Source: a bacterium (GTDB lineage Bacteria; Zhuqueibacterota; Zhuqueibacteria; Residuimicrobiales; Krinioviventaceae). From it: a stretch of 64,000 nucleotides of DNA. Shown here one piece after another: positions 37,504-47,607 of this stretch (position 1 is the stretch's first letter; each line of letters begins with the position of its first letter). Where the stretch lies: contig CAXXMD010000003.1 of the NCBI GenBank assembly GCA_963675755.2, positions 2,624,001 to 2,688,000 on the forward strand. Direction: 5' to 3'. The position numbers were made by a program, and so were the translations under genes. The notes beneath the pieces are model-generated. The model worked only from the letters and a program-made list of their open reading frames with translations. It was not told where the DNA came from and searched no databases.

Positions 37504-38186
37504 AGTTTGAGTATTTGCTATTTAATCTAATAATTCTTACCGGTCCAATTGTTTTTAGTTTTGATAAAACGGTAGTCTATTATAAAAACTGGGTGCGTGC
37601 ATTGTTTGCAACATTGCTGTCCCTTGTCCCGTTCATTATTTGGGATATTTGGGTAACGGGAAAACACTGGCATTTTAATACTCAATATACAACAGATTTG
37701 AGAATTTTAGGCTTGCCGCCAGGTGAGTGGTTGTTTTTTATAACCGTACCTTTTGCCTGTTTGTTTATTTGGGAGATTTTGAGCACAAAAAATAATGCAA
37801 ACGTTTTTTTCAAGATACCGGTTAAAATAGTTGCTCCTATACTGCTTGCTTTAATTGTTGTATTTTTTGTTACTAAAAAAGAATATACTTTTTTAGTTTT
37901 TACCTCTTTGTTAATCGTCATACTACTTGATCAGATACTGGAGACAAATTTGCTGTTTCAACAAAAAACGATACGATTATTGTTGATTGTTACCGGATTG
38001 ATTCTGATATTTAATGGATACCTGACTGCACGACCTGTTGTTTTATATGATGATACTGTGAATCTGGGTGTGAGAATTTTTACAATTCCACTGGAAGATT
38101 TTTTTTATGGAATATCTCATGTTTTGTTAACGGTTATTTTCTATGAAAGGTTGGAGAGGTTTTCATGGAAAAAACAGTTTCTGTGA
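37500..38186 (+). CDS. Membrane lycopene cyclase (fused CrtYc/CrtYd type)
   Basis: Two repeats, LGLPPGEWLFF and IFTIPLEDFFY (PxE(E/D) motifs); FNGYLT. Confidence 0.82.
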   Translation: MKFEYLLFNLIILTGPIVFSFDKTVVYYKNWVRALFATLLSLVPFIIWDIWVTGKHWHFNTQYTTDLRILGLPPGEWLFFITVPFACLFIWEILSTKNNANVFFKIPVKIVAPILLALIVVFFVTKKEYTFLVFTSLLIVILLDQILETNLLFQQKTIRLLLIVTGLILIFNGYLTARPVVLYDDTVNLGVRIFTIPLEDFFYGISHVLLTVIFYERLERFSWKKQFL

Positions 38187-39661
38187 TTGGTGGTGGATTA
38201 GGTGGTTTGGCCGGTGCCATTCGATTAGCAAAAAAAGGATTTAACGTCCAATTGTATGAGAAAAACCGGTCTCTTGGTGGTAAAATGAATGAAATCAAAT
38301 CGAACGGTTATCGATTTGATACGGGACCTACCCTTGTAACAATGCCTTTTGTATTAAAAGAATTGTTTGAATTTTCCGGATTTAGTTTTGAAGAATATAT
38401 AAACCTGGTAATGGTTGATCCGATTTGCCGTTATTTTTTTCCGGATGGAGCTGTCTTTGATGCAAGCTCCGATATGAATAAAATGCTGGCTGCCATTGAA
38501 TCCATTTCGCCAGTGGATGTTGAAAACTATAAACGCTTTTATGATTATTCTCAACGCATTTATGATATAACTGCCGATCTTTTCATGTTTTCCGCTTTGC
38601 ATGAACCGGAAACACTCTTGAACCGGCAAACCCTTTTTAAACTCTTAAAAGTTAATCAAATTGATCCCTTTCGTACGGTTGATAAAGCGGTGCGTTCTTT
38701 TTTCAAAGATGAACGTCTTGTGCAGATTTTTAATCGATACAGCACCTACAATGGTTCAAATCCTTTTCAGGCGCCTGCTACGTTAAATATAATACCCTTT
38801 GTTGAATATGGATTGGGAGGATATTATATAAAAGGAGGCTTGTATAGACTTGTTGAAGCCCTTGAGCATATTGCATTACAGATGGGAGTACGGATTTATA
38901 AAGAAATGCCAGTAGAAAGGATTTTTCATAAAAATAATCGAATTTCCGGGATCAAAGTTGATGGTGAAGCCATAGCAAGTGATTATGTGGTTTGCAATGC
39001 AGATGTTGTATATACATATAATCACTTGATTACCGAAAAGCCAAAGATTACCCGAAAAATGAACCGTTTTGAACCTTCTTTGTCCGGTTTGGTTTTTCTC
39101 TGGGGAATGAAAAATGATGAAATGATGTTGAAACATCATAATATATTTTTTTCTGGGTCATATAGAAAAGAATTTATTGATATTTTTGATCGAAAAACTG
39201 CTCCGGATGATCCTACAGTATATATTTCAATCAGCAGCAAGCAGGATGTAGAGCATGCTCCAGCAGGTAAAATGAATGCTTTTATATTGATCAATATGCC
39301 CTACCTGAATAGTAATCAGGATTGGATGCATATTCAAAAAGAAATGAGAAAAAAAATATACAAGAAATTTGAAATGCTGAATATGGATGTAAAAGGCCAA
39401 CTAGAATCTGATAAAGTCATTAATCCACAAATGTTTTATGACATGTATCATAGTAATCGTGGCAGTATATATGGCATTTCTTCAAATAGCAAAAGTATGG
39501 CCTTTAAACGACCGGCAAACAGAAATCGGCAAATTGAGGGACTGTATTTCTGTGGAGGATCTGTCCATCCCGGCGGTGGAGTTCCTCTGGCTTTATTATC
39601 CGGGAAATTGGTGTCAGAATTAATTGTAAAAAAGTCGGGAAAAGAAAAGAGAAGATCATGA
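38165..39661 (+). CDS. crtD: CrtI-family desaturase, probably 1-hydroxycarotenoid 3,4-desaturase
   Basis: GGGLGG, FDTGP, YNGSNPFQAP, GSIYG.SSN, GGSVHPGGG; subfamily assignment from motifs and the adjacent CruF-like gene. Confidence 0.65.
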   Translation: MEKTVSVIGGGLGGLAGAIRLAKKGFNVQLYEKNRSLGGKMNEIKSNGYRFDTGPTLVTMPFVLKELFEFSGFSFEEYINLVMVDPICRYFFPDGAVFDASSDMNKMLAAIESISPVDVENYKRFYDYSQRIYDITADLFMFSALHEPETLLNRQTLFKLLKVNQIDPFRTVDKAVRSFFKDERLVQIFNRYSTYNGSNPFQAPATLNIIPFVEYGLGGYYIKGGLYRLVEALEHIALQMGVRIYKEMPVERIFHKNNRISGIKVDGEAIASDYVVCNADVVYTYNHLITEKPKITRKMNRFEPSLSGLVFLWGMKNDEMMLKHHNIFFSGSYRKEFIDIFDRKTAPDDPTVYISISSKQDVEHAPAGKMNAFILINMPYLNSNQDWMHIQKEMRKKIYKKFEMLNMDVKGQLESDKVINPQMFYDMYHSNRGSIYGISSNSKSMAFKRPANRNRQIEGLYFCGGSVHPGGGVPLALLSGKLVSELIVKKSGKEKRRS

Positions 39662-41178
39662 AAAAAATAGCAATCATTGGATCAGGGTTTGGAGGATTGT
39701 CTGCCGCAATACGGTTGCAGGCAAAAGAAGACATTCAGGTAACACTCTTTGAAAAGAATGATAAAGTCGGTGGACACGCATATCCACTTGAACAAGATGG
39801 TTACAAATTTGATATGGGCCCATCACTCATAACAGCGCCGGATATCATTGATGATATCTTTCAATCAGCGGGAAAACGATTGGCAGATTATCTGGATTTG
39901 ATCAAACTTGATCCGTTTTATCGAATTTATTTTCATGATAAAAGTTTTATAGATTACCTCGATGATGCTGGAAAGATGAAACAACAGATGACAAAGTTTA
40001 ACAAACAGGACGCTGCAAGATATGATGAATTTATTCAGGCATCAAAGGCTATTCACGACGTTGTTATTGGACAGGGATTGGGCTCAGTTCCTTTTATGGA
40101 TTGGGGTTCAATGATAAAATTTTTACCTCAAGCACTCAAGTTAAATGCATTACTGCCAACGTTTAACTTTGCTAAAAAGTATTTCAAAGATTTTCGTCAC
40201 CGGTTTGTGTTTTCTTTTCATCCACTTTTTATTGGGGGGAACCCGTTCCGTGCACCTTCTGTTTACCAGATGATACCTTATCTGGAAAAGGAAGGTGGGG
40301 TCTGGTTCACCCAGGGAGGAATGTATTCACTTGTACAAGCATTTGAAACGTTATTTAAAGAATTGGGCGGTGAGGTAAAGACTGGCCTACCCGTTACAAA
40401 AATACAAGTAGAAGATGGTAACGCCACCGGTGTACACACACGTGATGGATTTTTTAAAGCAGATGCAGTTATTTCTAATGCGGATTTTATCCATACATAT
40501 AAAAATCTGATAGGTTCAGAGCATCGAAAAAAATGGACTGATAAAAAACTTTTCAATCTTGATTATTCCATGAGCGCTTTTTTGCTTTATCTGGGTGTGC
40601 GAAAACAATACCCGGAATTAAAACATCACACACTGATTTTATCTGAGCGTTACAAACCATTGATTACGGATATTTTTGACAAAAAGATATTACCCGATGA
40701 TTTTTCAATGTATTTACATGTACCAACAAAAACGGATCTCCAAATGGCGCCTGCCGGTTGTGAGAGCATGTATGTTCTGATCCCGGTAACCAATCTACAA
40801 GGTAATGTCGATTGGAATGCACAGGGAGAATTGTTTAAAAATAAAGTGTTGGCATTTCTGGAAAATGATTTTGGTTTAACCGGATTACGTGAAAATCTTG
40901 AGGTGTGCAGTATGTTCACACCGGCTGATTTTCAGGAAACGCGTAATAATTACTGGGGAAGCGCTTGGGGAGTAGAGCCCAGGTTGTCACAAACTGCTAT
41001 ATTTAGACCGCATAATCGTTGTAGTGATATAAAAGGGCTTTATCTTGTTGGTGCAAGTACGCACCCGGGAGCGGGTTTGCCCGGTGTAATGCTTACAGCA
41101 AAAACAACCGAAAGAATTATTCTTGATGATTTCAAGCGTGGTTATTTGCAAGCTGCAAGAGAGGTGAAATATGGATAA
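39658..41178 (+). CDS. crtI: Phytoene desaturase
   Basis: IGSGFGG, FDMGP, FHPLFIGGNP, FRPHN, YLVGASTHPGAGLPGV. Confidence 0.9.
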   Translation: MKKIAIIGSGFGGLSAAIRLQAKEDIQVTLFEKNDKVGGHAYPLEQDGYKFDMGPSLITAPDIIDDIFQSAGKRLADYLDLIKLDPFYRIYFHDKSFIDYLDDAGKMKQQMTKFNKQDAARYDEFIQASKAIHDVVIGQGLGSVPFMDWGSMIKFLPQALKLNALLPTFNFAKKYFKDFRHRFVFSFHPLFIGGNPFRAPSVYQMIPYLEKEGGVWFTQGGMYSLVQAFETLFKELGGEVKTGLPVTKIQVEDGNATGVHTRDGFFKADAVISNADFIHTYKNLIGSEHRKKWTDKKLFNLDYSMSAFLLYLGVRKQYPELKHHTLILSERYKPLITDIFDKKILPDDFSMYLHVPTKTDLQMAPAGCESMYVLIPVTNLQGNVDWNAQGELFKNKVLAFLENDFGLTGLRENLEVCSMFTPADFQETRNNYWGSAWGVEPRLSQTAIFRPHNRCSDIKGLYLVGASTHPGAGLPGVMLTAKTTERIILDDFKRGYLQAAREVKYG

Positions 41179-42094
41179 AAATACTGTTAAACAGCATTAT
41201 TCTTCTTTTATGTATGCAAAACATTTGACTGCCGAGTATTCAAAGAGTTTTTATATTTCTACAAGATTACTACCGAAACGAAAACAATGGCCTGTTTTTT
41301 CTTTGTATGGCTTTTGCAGACATGCTGATAATTTGATTGATAATCCCCGTGACCGTGCTCCTAAAGAAGTATTAAAAGAGATAAAAAATTTAAACAAAGA
41401 GTTGAGAATTGCTTACCGGACGGGTGAATCTGAACATCCTGTGCTTTCTTCTTTTATTATTGTTGCAAAGTATTTCAATATCGACAGAAAATATCCCAAA
41501 GAATTAATACGAGGAGTCATAATGGACTTGAAAAAAAAACGTTATGAAACATTTGACGATCTGTATTTATTCTGCTATCGGGTGGCTGGTGTTGTTGGTC
41601 TCATGATGACATCTATTTTGGGATACAAAGATGAAAAAGCATTGATTTATGCTGAAAAGCTGGGAATTGCCATGCAATTAACCAATATTTTGCGTGATAT
41701 TCAAGAAGATAAAGATATGGGGCGTATTTATTTACCAAAATCCGAGATGTCTGATTTTGGTATAACTGAACAGGATATTCTTGATGAACACATGTCTCCT
41801 AAAATGCATGATTTTATAAAATTTCAAGTTGAACGCGCTCACCGGTATTATGATGAAGCACAACCCGGTATTCAGATGCTTGAACCGGATACAAGGTTTG
41901 CGATTCAATCTGCAAGTCTCATATATCGCGGGATTTTAAGAAAAATCGAAGAACGTGATTATAATCCGTTTTTAGGAAGAGTTTATGTTCCTCAATCCCG
42001 GAAACTGAACATATTGCTACGTGAAGTTATTCGTTCAAAAATTCAAATGGCCAATGAAAAATTGCGTCTTGCAACCTTTAGTGTGGGCTTTTAA
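41171..42094 (+). CDS. crtB: Phytoene synthase
   Basis: SKSFY, YGFCR.ADNLID, CYRVAGVVG, QLTNILRDI.ED. Confidence 0.93.
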   Translation: MDKNTVKQHYSSFMYAKHLTAEYSKSFYISTRLLPKRKQWPVFSLYGFCRHADNLIDNPRDRAPKEVLKEIKNLNKELRIAYRTGESEHPVLSSFIIVAKYFNIDRKYPKELIRGVIMDLKKKRYETFDDLYLFCYRVAGVVGLMMTSILGYKDEKALIYAEKLGIAMQLTNILRDIQEDKDMGRIYLPKSEMSDFGITEQDILDEHMSPKMHDFIKFQVERAHRYYDEAQPGIQMLEPDTRFAIQSASLIYRGILRKIEERDYNPFLGRVYVPQSRKLNILLREVIRSKIQMANEKLRLATFSVGF

Positions 42095-42816
42095 TGATTG
42101 AAGCAAAACATTCAAAGGTTGCACATGGGATGTTTAATGTTTATTTACAAATGCTTTTTAAATCCCATTTTCATTCATATCATCTCTTAGGCAATACGGC
42201 AGTAGAGTTTAATCAATATCCGGTTTTACTGATTGGTAATCATAGTAGTTGGTGGGATGGATTTTTTGTCTATTATTTGAATCAAACTGTTTTTCGAAAA
42301 CAATTGTATTTGATGATGCTTGAAAACGAGCTTTCCAGGAATTCTTTTTTTTCGCGTGTTGGTGCATATTCAATCAATCAGAATTCAATTTCAGCTATCA
42401 AAGAATCCTTGCTGTATTCAGCAGAAAAAATAAATACTAGCAAAAACAATATGGTATGTATTTTCCCACAGGGGGAATTGCTTCCCTGGCATACGCGGCC
42501 CCTTGGTTTTGATAGAGGCGTTGAATTGGTTTTGAAAAAGATAAATACTCCGATCAACATTTATCTATTGGGTATACGTGTTGAAGACCTGGGTGAGCAG
42601 CGTCCATTTGTCTTTTTTCAATTTGAAAATAAATTGTATCGGAATCCTGAGGCAATAAAAGCTTTTGAACTGGAAAACGAATTAACAAATATTCTTGACA
42701 CTATGCAAAATCGGATAGTGAAAAAAGATTTAGGGAAGCAGATATTCTCTGGTAAACAATCTGTTAACCGCATGATGGAAGTTTTATTAAACCGTGAACA
42801 TCGGAGGCAGCATTGA
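42094..42816 (+). CDS. PlsC-like acyltransferase (CruD-like carotenoid glycoside acyltransferase)
   Basis: NHSSWWDG, IFPQG; inside the crt cluster. Confidence 0.8.
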   Translation: MIEAKHSKVAHGMFNVYLQMLFKSHFHSYHLLGNTAVEFNQYPVLLIGNHSSWWDGFFVYYLNQTVFRKQLYLMMLENELSRNSFFSRVGAYSINQNSISAIKESLLYSAEKINTSKNNMVCIFPQGELLPWHTRPLGFDRGVELVLKKINTPINIYLLGIRVEDLGEQRPFVFFQFENKLYRNPEAIKAFELENELTNILDTMQNRIVKKDLGKQIFSGKQSVNRMMEVLLNREHRRQH

Positions 42817-43919
42817 TCTATCTGTTGATTTTGGTTCATGTGTTATTATTCATAATATTTATGATTTCTCTGTTTAATGTGATTACTGCTCCATTGTTGT
42901 CAAATTATCCTAAAATAAATACTTTTCCAAAAATTTCTGTGCTAGTACCCGTACGTAATGAACAGGATACAATTGGAAAATGTTTACAGGGTCTGCTTGC
43001 GCAGGATTGTCCCGATTATGAGATTATTGTGCTTGATGATAATTCCACAGACCGGTCACGAGATATTATTGTTGATATGCAAAAAAACTCGTCCATTCGA
43101 TTGGTGGATGGTGAGCCTGTTAAGCCCGGTTGGACGGGAAAAAATTATGCCTGCCATCAACTTTTAAAAGCTGCCACAGGAGAGATTGTTATATTTACTG
43201 ATGCCGATAATTTCCATGATACCCATGCATTAAAAGCAACGGTTGCGTGGATGCAAAAATATGATCTGGGATTGCTTTCTGCCTTTCCGCAGCAAGTTAC
43301 CAGCTCACTTGCTGAAAAACTAGTCGTTCCGGTTGTGGACATGTGGGTATATAGTATGCTGCCATTGTGGTTAACCCGTTTCAGTAAACGGCCATCCCTT
43401 GCTGCTGCAAATGGGCAATGGTTAGCATTTACTCGTAAAGCTTATGAAAAAACAGGTGGTCATGCTGCAGTAAAAAATGAAATAGTTGAAGACACACATA
43501 TGGCACGTATTGCGAAACAAAAAGAGGTACATATTTTAACACTTGCCGGGCGGGATGTTGTTTTTGGTAAAATGTATAATAGCTGGAGCCAGGTATATAA
43601 TGGATTTTCCAAAAACCTTTTTGGAATAGCTGGTTATAATGCTAAAGGATTTTCACTTTTTTTATTGCTCTTGCTGGTGTCTTTTGTTCTACCCTTTGTG
43701 CTCGTATGGATATGGCCCTTTTTATGGTTGTACCCGTTACTGATTAATTTCGGAATCCGTATAATGATCGCTCTGAAATATAAACATCCTGTTTTTGAAT
43801 CTGTTATAATGCATCCGGTTGGGATATTTTTATTTATTGTTATAGGGATAAATTCCATGATTCGATACTATAAAGGTGCTATTGAATGGAAAGGACGTAA
43901 TATTGTTTTTGAAAAATGA
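42813..43919 (+). CDS. GT2 carotenoid glucosyltransferase (CruC/CrtQ-like)
   Basis: DDNSTD, GWTGKNYAC, FTDAD, ANGQ, VED, GFSKN, WKGR. Confidence 0.85.
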   Translation: MIYLLILVHVLLFIIFMISLFNVITAPLLSNYPKINTFPKISVLVPVRNEQDTIGKCLQGLLAQDCPDYEIIVLDDNSTDRSRDIIVDMQKNSSIRLVDGEPVKPGWTGKNYACHQLLKAATGEIVIFTDADNFHDTHALKATVAWMQKYDLGLLSAFPQQVTSSLAEKLVVPVVDMWVYSMLPLWLTRFSKRPSLAAANGQWLAFTRKAYEKTGGHAAVKNEIVEDTHMARIAKQKEVHILTLAGRDVVFGKMYNSWSQVYNGFSKNLFGIAGYNAKGFSLFLLLLLVSFVLPFVLVWIWPFLWLYPLLINFGIRIMIALKYKHPVFESVIMHPVGIFLFIVIGINSMIRYYKGAIEWKGRNIVFEK

Positions 43920-44553
43920 ACGAATTCAGATTTTTTTATTGTACCTGATATTTGCAGCAGGTGGTCTCTGGCATGTATTGGGAATATTTCAACTGATAAT
44001 GAAGTGGATGGCGGCACCATTATTGATATTTGTTTCTCTTTTAATATTCATTGGTATTTACAGGATGAATCCTGAAAAACGTAGAACATTCATTTCATGG
44101 TGGATACTGGTTTTTATTTTTTCGATAATTGTTGAAGCTGTTGGAGTGGAAACCGGCTTGATATTCGGGCAGTATCAATATGGTGATGTTTTGTATCCTA
44201 AAATATTGGGAGTACCTCTGGCAATTGGTTTTGCATGGACATTGATTTTACTTTCTTCACTTGCGGTTGTTAGAGCAATGAATATCAAGGATTCACATGT
44301 TATGTTGTTTGTTATACCCCTGTTTATGGTTTTGTTTGATTTATTTATGGAACCTGCTGCTACGGTTTTGGATTATTGGACGTGGAAAGGGAATTCAATT
44401 CCTGTTTTGAATTATATTGCCTGGTATTTTATAAGTTTGGTGTTTGTTTATGGGGGGACGTTTTTAGGATTGTTCAGGTTAAAGCTACCTGTTTTTGTTA
44501 AACATGTCTATTGGAGTCAATTAATATACTTTATAATTGTTCGGGTGGGATAA
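43876..44553 (+). CDS. cruF: Carotenoid 1',2'-hydratase (CruF / DUF422 family)
   Basis: EAVGVETG.IFG.Y.Y, GVPLAI, DLFMEP, YWTW, NYIAW; start uncertain. Confidence 0.78.
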   Translation: MLLNGKDVILFLKNERIQIFLLYLIFAAGGLWHVLGIFQLIMKWMAAPLLIFVSLLIFIGIYRMNPEKRRTFISWWILVFIFSIIVEAVGVETGLIFGQYQYGDVLYPKILGVPLAIGFAWTLILLSSLAVVRAMNIKDSHVMLFVIPLFMVLFDLFMEPAATVLDYWTWKGNSIPVLNYIAWYFISLVFVYGGTFLGLFRLKLPVFVKHVYWSQLIYFIIVRVG

Positions 44554-44558
44554 GAAAT

Positions 44559-47399
44559 TTAATCTTGTTTTTTCCTTGCCAATAAGGATTGTATAGTTTG
44601 ATATAATTTATTTGACGTATAAGGTTTTTGGAGAAATACCGAGTCAGTTTGTTGTATGAATTTATAATATTCATCATTACAATGATAACCACTCGATATA
44701 ATGATTGGTAAATCCGGCTTTATTGTTAGCAATTCTTTGGCACAATCGATCCCTTCCATATCGGGTAATGATATATCAAGAATTGCCAAATGTAAAATGG
44801 ATTTATGTTGTTTCAGTAATTCAATACCCTGCTTTGCGGTTTCTCCGCTAAAGGTATCAAAACCAAAATGTTTAAGCGTAATACTGTTTACTTCAATAAT
44901 TCCGGGATCATCATCAATCAATAGGATCTTTTGTCGGGTTACCAGTTCATTTTCATTTCCGTCTTTGTTTCTTTCAATTACAGGGAAATAGAGAGATACA
45001 ATTGTACCCTGATTGTCCAGTGTTTTTATGGTTATAAATCCATTATGGTTCTTCATAATACCATAAACCGATGCTAACCCCATACCTTTACCAAAGTCTT
45101 CCGGATTGGTAGAAACAAACGGTTCAAATAACTGATCGCGAATTGAGAGGGGAATTCCACGACCGGTATCAATAATCTCCAGTACAATAAATACTCTGCC
45201 AAAAGAGTTGGGTATGTTCAGATCCTGATTGGATTGAACATGGTGCTGCCTGGTGTGAATAATGATCTTGCCGCCATTTGAATATGATTTTGCGGCATTC
45301 TGTAAAAGCGTTTTTAATATATGTTTTAATTGTTTGTTGTTGACCTGTATCTTGCCAATATTTTCACGCAAATTCAACTCTATGGTCATGTTCTCGTGGA
45401 CCATGTTATTCAGGGTTTTATCCCATGATTTTATTTTTTTGTTCAGATCAATCTGGTCCATGTAGGGTTTTTCAAGATTGCTGAAATAATAGAGCTCTTG
45501 TTTTAATACAGACGTCTTTTTTGCCAGCTTTTTTATATTAACAATATTGGATCGTGTTTCATCATTAATATCTTTATCTAAAAGAATGGACGAGGTATTG
45601 TGATACAATTCACTCGATATAAAATCAAAGTTTTTTGCAATAGACGTAAAATAGTGCTGCAGCAGTTCAAGTTTTTCAGTTTTGTTGAGGGTGTTTTTTG
45701 ACAACTTTTCTGCTTTTTCCGGAGCTTTTGAAATGTCCAATTGCAGCAGTGTTTTCTCAGGTGTTGTCAGTTTTTTTACATGTAATTGAATGATCTGACC
45801 ATCAAGAATATCCTGATTGCACTGGGCTATGATTGTTTGTGTTATACCATTTGAGATGTTTCTACTTTGGTTTAATAATTTATCAATATCCTCAGTCAAG
45901 ACTAGAGACAGATTTTCATTTAAAAGCTCTTGTTTTTCTGTTTTTAGAAATTGGCAGGCATTGTCGGTAATATACAGGATTTTTCCACTTAATGAAGTAA
46001 CAATTGCCGTTTGGTTAGAAAGCAATTGTCTGGAGATATCGTTTGTTTCAGATTCAGTTGTATTCTCCTGATCTGACATATTTAAAAGAGTAAGTAGTAA
46101 ATATGGATTGTTATTGATAAAGCTTTTTCGGATTGCAAGCTGCATTGATATTGTTGAACCGGTTGGTAGTAAAAAAGTGAAAAAATGATCAGGTTTTGTT
46201 TCTTTTAGCTCTTTTAATTTAATTTCGTTCCAAAGGGATTGCGAGTTTTCATCCAATAGGATTTTAAAGTCCTGCCCAATCATTTCCGCATTGGTTTGAT
46301 TAAATATGTTTTCTATTTCAGGGTTCCAAATACAAATTTTATCCTGTTCGTCGAGCACAATTACCGGATATGGCATTGCCTTGACAAATTCTGAATAGGG
46401 GGGCTCTAGCTCTGCTGTTGAATTAGAATTGGATTCTGGCAGGCTGTTGTTTTTATCTGGTTCCTGGACTATATCTGCAAAATTTATTTTATGTTTGGGT
46501 AGGGTATCCTGACTGATTTTGTTGAAATGGAAATGATACTCATAACCTAAAACAGAATCATTAATCAACTGGGGAAGAACCCTGATTTTTGTATCTGTAA
46601 ATGTATAGCCATTTTCTTTTAATGATGAAATCTGCCATTCCTGTTTTTTGTTTTTAATTTTAAACAATGCATTTTTATCATTTGATATGGAATCAAGGTG
46701 TGATATCAGGTTTTGCCCAATCAGGGTGGAAGAGTTTTGATATCCCAGTTTTTTCAATACCGATGGTGTTGCATCAATAACTATGTGTTCAGCGGTAGTA
46801 AATATAATATAATTGTCCGAATCAGTATCAAGATCCTCTTTGGGTTCCTCAGGCATTTCAGGTGGAATGTATTCGCTGGTTTCCTCTTTGGTGTTTTGAA
46901 ACACCTTGTAGCGCTGCCAACCGGATTCTGTAAAGTGATCCAGATCTTTTTTAATATTGTCAATAGGTTCTATTAATTCGTTGACCGGCAGGTTTTGAAA
47001 GCTAATTTCAGGTTCCGGGTTGTTGGTTTCTGTTAAAGCGAATTGATCAGGATCTGCTTTCAGGATTCCTACAATCATTAAGGGATTGTTGTCGCAATCT
47101 ATATTAAAATAGACACAGTCAAAATTTTCCTTTTCCATTTTTATATAGACTGTTTTGCCATCGGATAGTAACGAACGCGTATGTAATTGCGAGAGGGGGA
47201 TTGATAGCGACTCGTTTAAACGGGTATACAGGTCAGGATTACAATTGGGAGCAAACGCAATAGCCTCCGGTTTGTATTCTGCATTATAAATACCTACAGA
47301 TAGCTGGTATTTTTTTGCAAAAGAATTCAGTAATTCTACAAGAATTTCCTGATCAATAATCTGGTTCAACTTGACAATTGTATCAATCAAATTTCGCAA
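44559..47399 (-). CDS. Soluble multi-PAS hybrid histidine kinase-receiver lacking the H-box His
   Basis: HATPase DTGRG/FEPF/GMGL and REC LDISLP intact; H-box reads SIAKNFDF. Confidence 0.8.
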   Translation of the reverse strand: MRNLIDTIVKLNQIIDQEILVELLNSFAKKYQLSVGIYNAEYKPEAIAFAPNCNPDLYTRLNESLSIPLSQLHTRSLLSDGKTVYIKMEKENFDCVYFNIDCDNNPLMIVGILKADPDQFALTETNNPEPEISFQNLPVNELIEPIDNIKKDLDHFTESGWQRYKVFQNTKEETSEYIPPEMPEEPKEDLDTDSDNYIIFTTAEHIVIDATPSVLKKLGYQNSSTLIGQNLISHLDSISNDKNALFKIKNKKQEWQISSLKENGYTFTDTKIRVLPQLINDSVLGYEYHFHFNKISQDTLPKHKINFADIVQEPDKNNSLPESNSNSTAELEPPYSEFVKAMPYPVIVLDEQDKICIWNPEIENIFNQTNAEMIGQDFKILLDENSQSLWNEIKLKELKETKPDHFFTFLLPTGSTISMQLAIRKSFINNNPYLLLTLLNMSDQENTTESETNDISRQLLSNQTAIVTSLSGKILYITDNACQFLKTEKQELLNENLSLVLTEDIDKLLNQSRNISNGITQTIIAQCNQDILDGQIIQLHVKKLTTPEKTLLQLDISKAPEKAEKLSKNTLNKTEKLELLQHYFTSIAKNFDFISSELYHNTSSILLDKDINDETRSNIVNIKKLAKKTSVLKQELYYFSNLEKPYMDQIDLNKKIKSWDKTLNNMVHENMTIELNLRENIGKIQVNNKQLKHILKTLLQNAAKSYSNGGKIIIHTRQHHVQSNQDLNIPNSFGRVFIVLEIIDTGRGIPLSIRDQLFEPFVSTNPEDFGKGMGLASVYGIMKNHNGFITIKTLDNQGTIVSLYFPVIERNKDGNENELVTRQKILLIDDDPGIIEVNSITLKHFGFDTFSGETAKQGIELLKQHKSILHLAILDISLPDMEGIDCAKELLTIKPDLPIIISSGYHCNDEYYKFIQQTDSVFLQKPYTSNKLYQTIQSLLARKKQD

Positions 47400-47607
47400 T
47401 CCTGATGTATTAAACCTGCCTCAATACTATTAATCAAAGTCTTGGTTGCAAAATTTATACCGATAGTCAATTATATCTTGAATGGATGGTGTTTGTAGGT
47501 TGTGTGAAAACAATATATTGTGGTTGATGGAAGAAAAAAGATTTTTTTCTCATTCAACCACAATATATTTATCAGGAACTTTTACCCTGTTTGGGAAATA
47601 TTACCCG

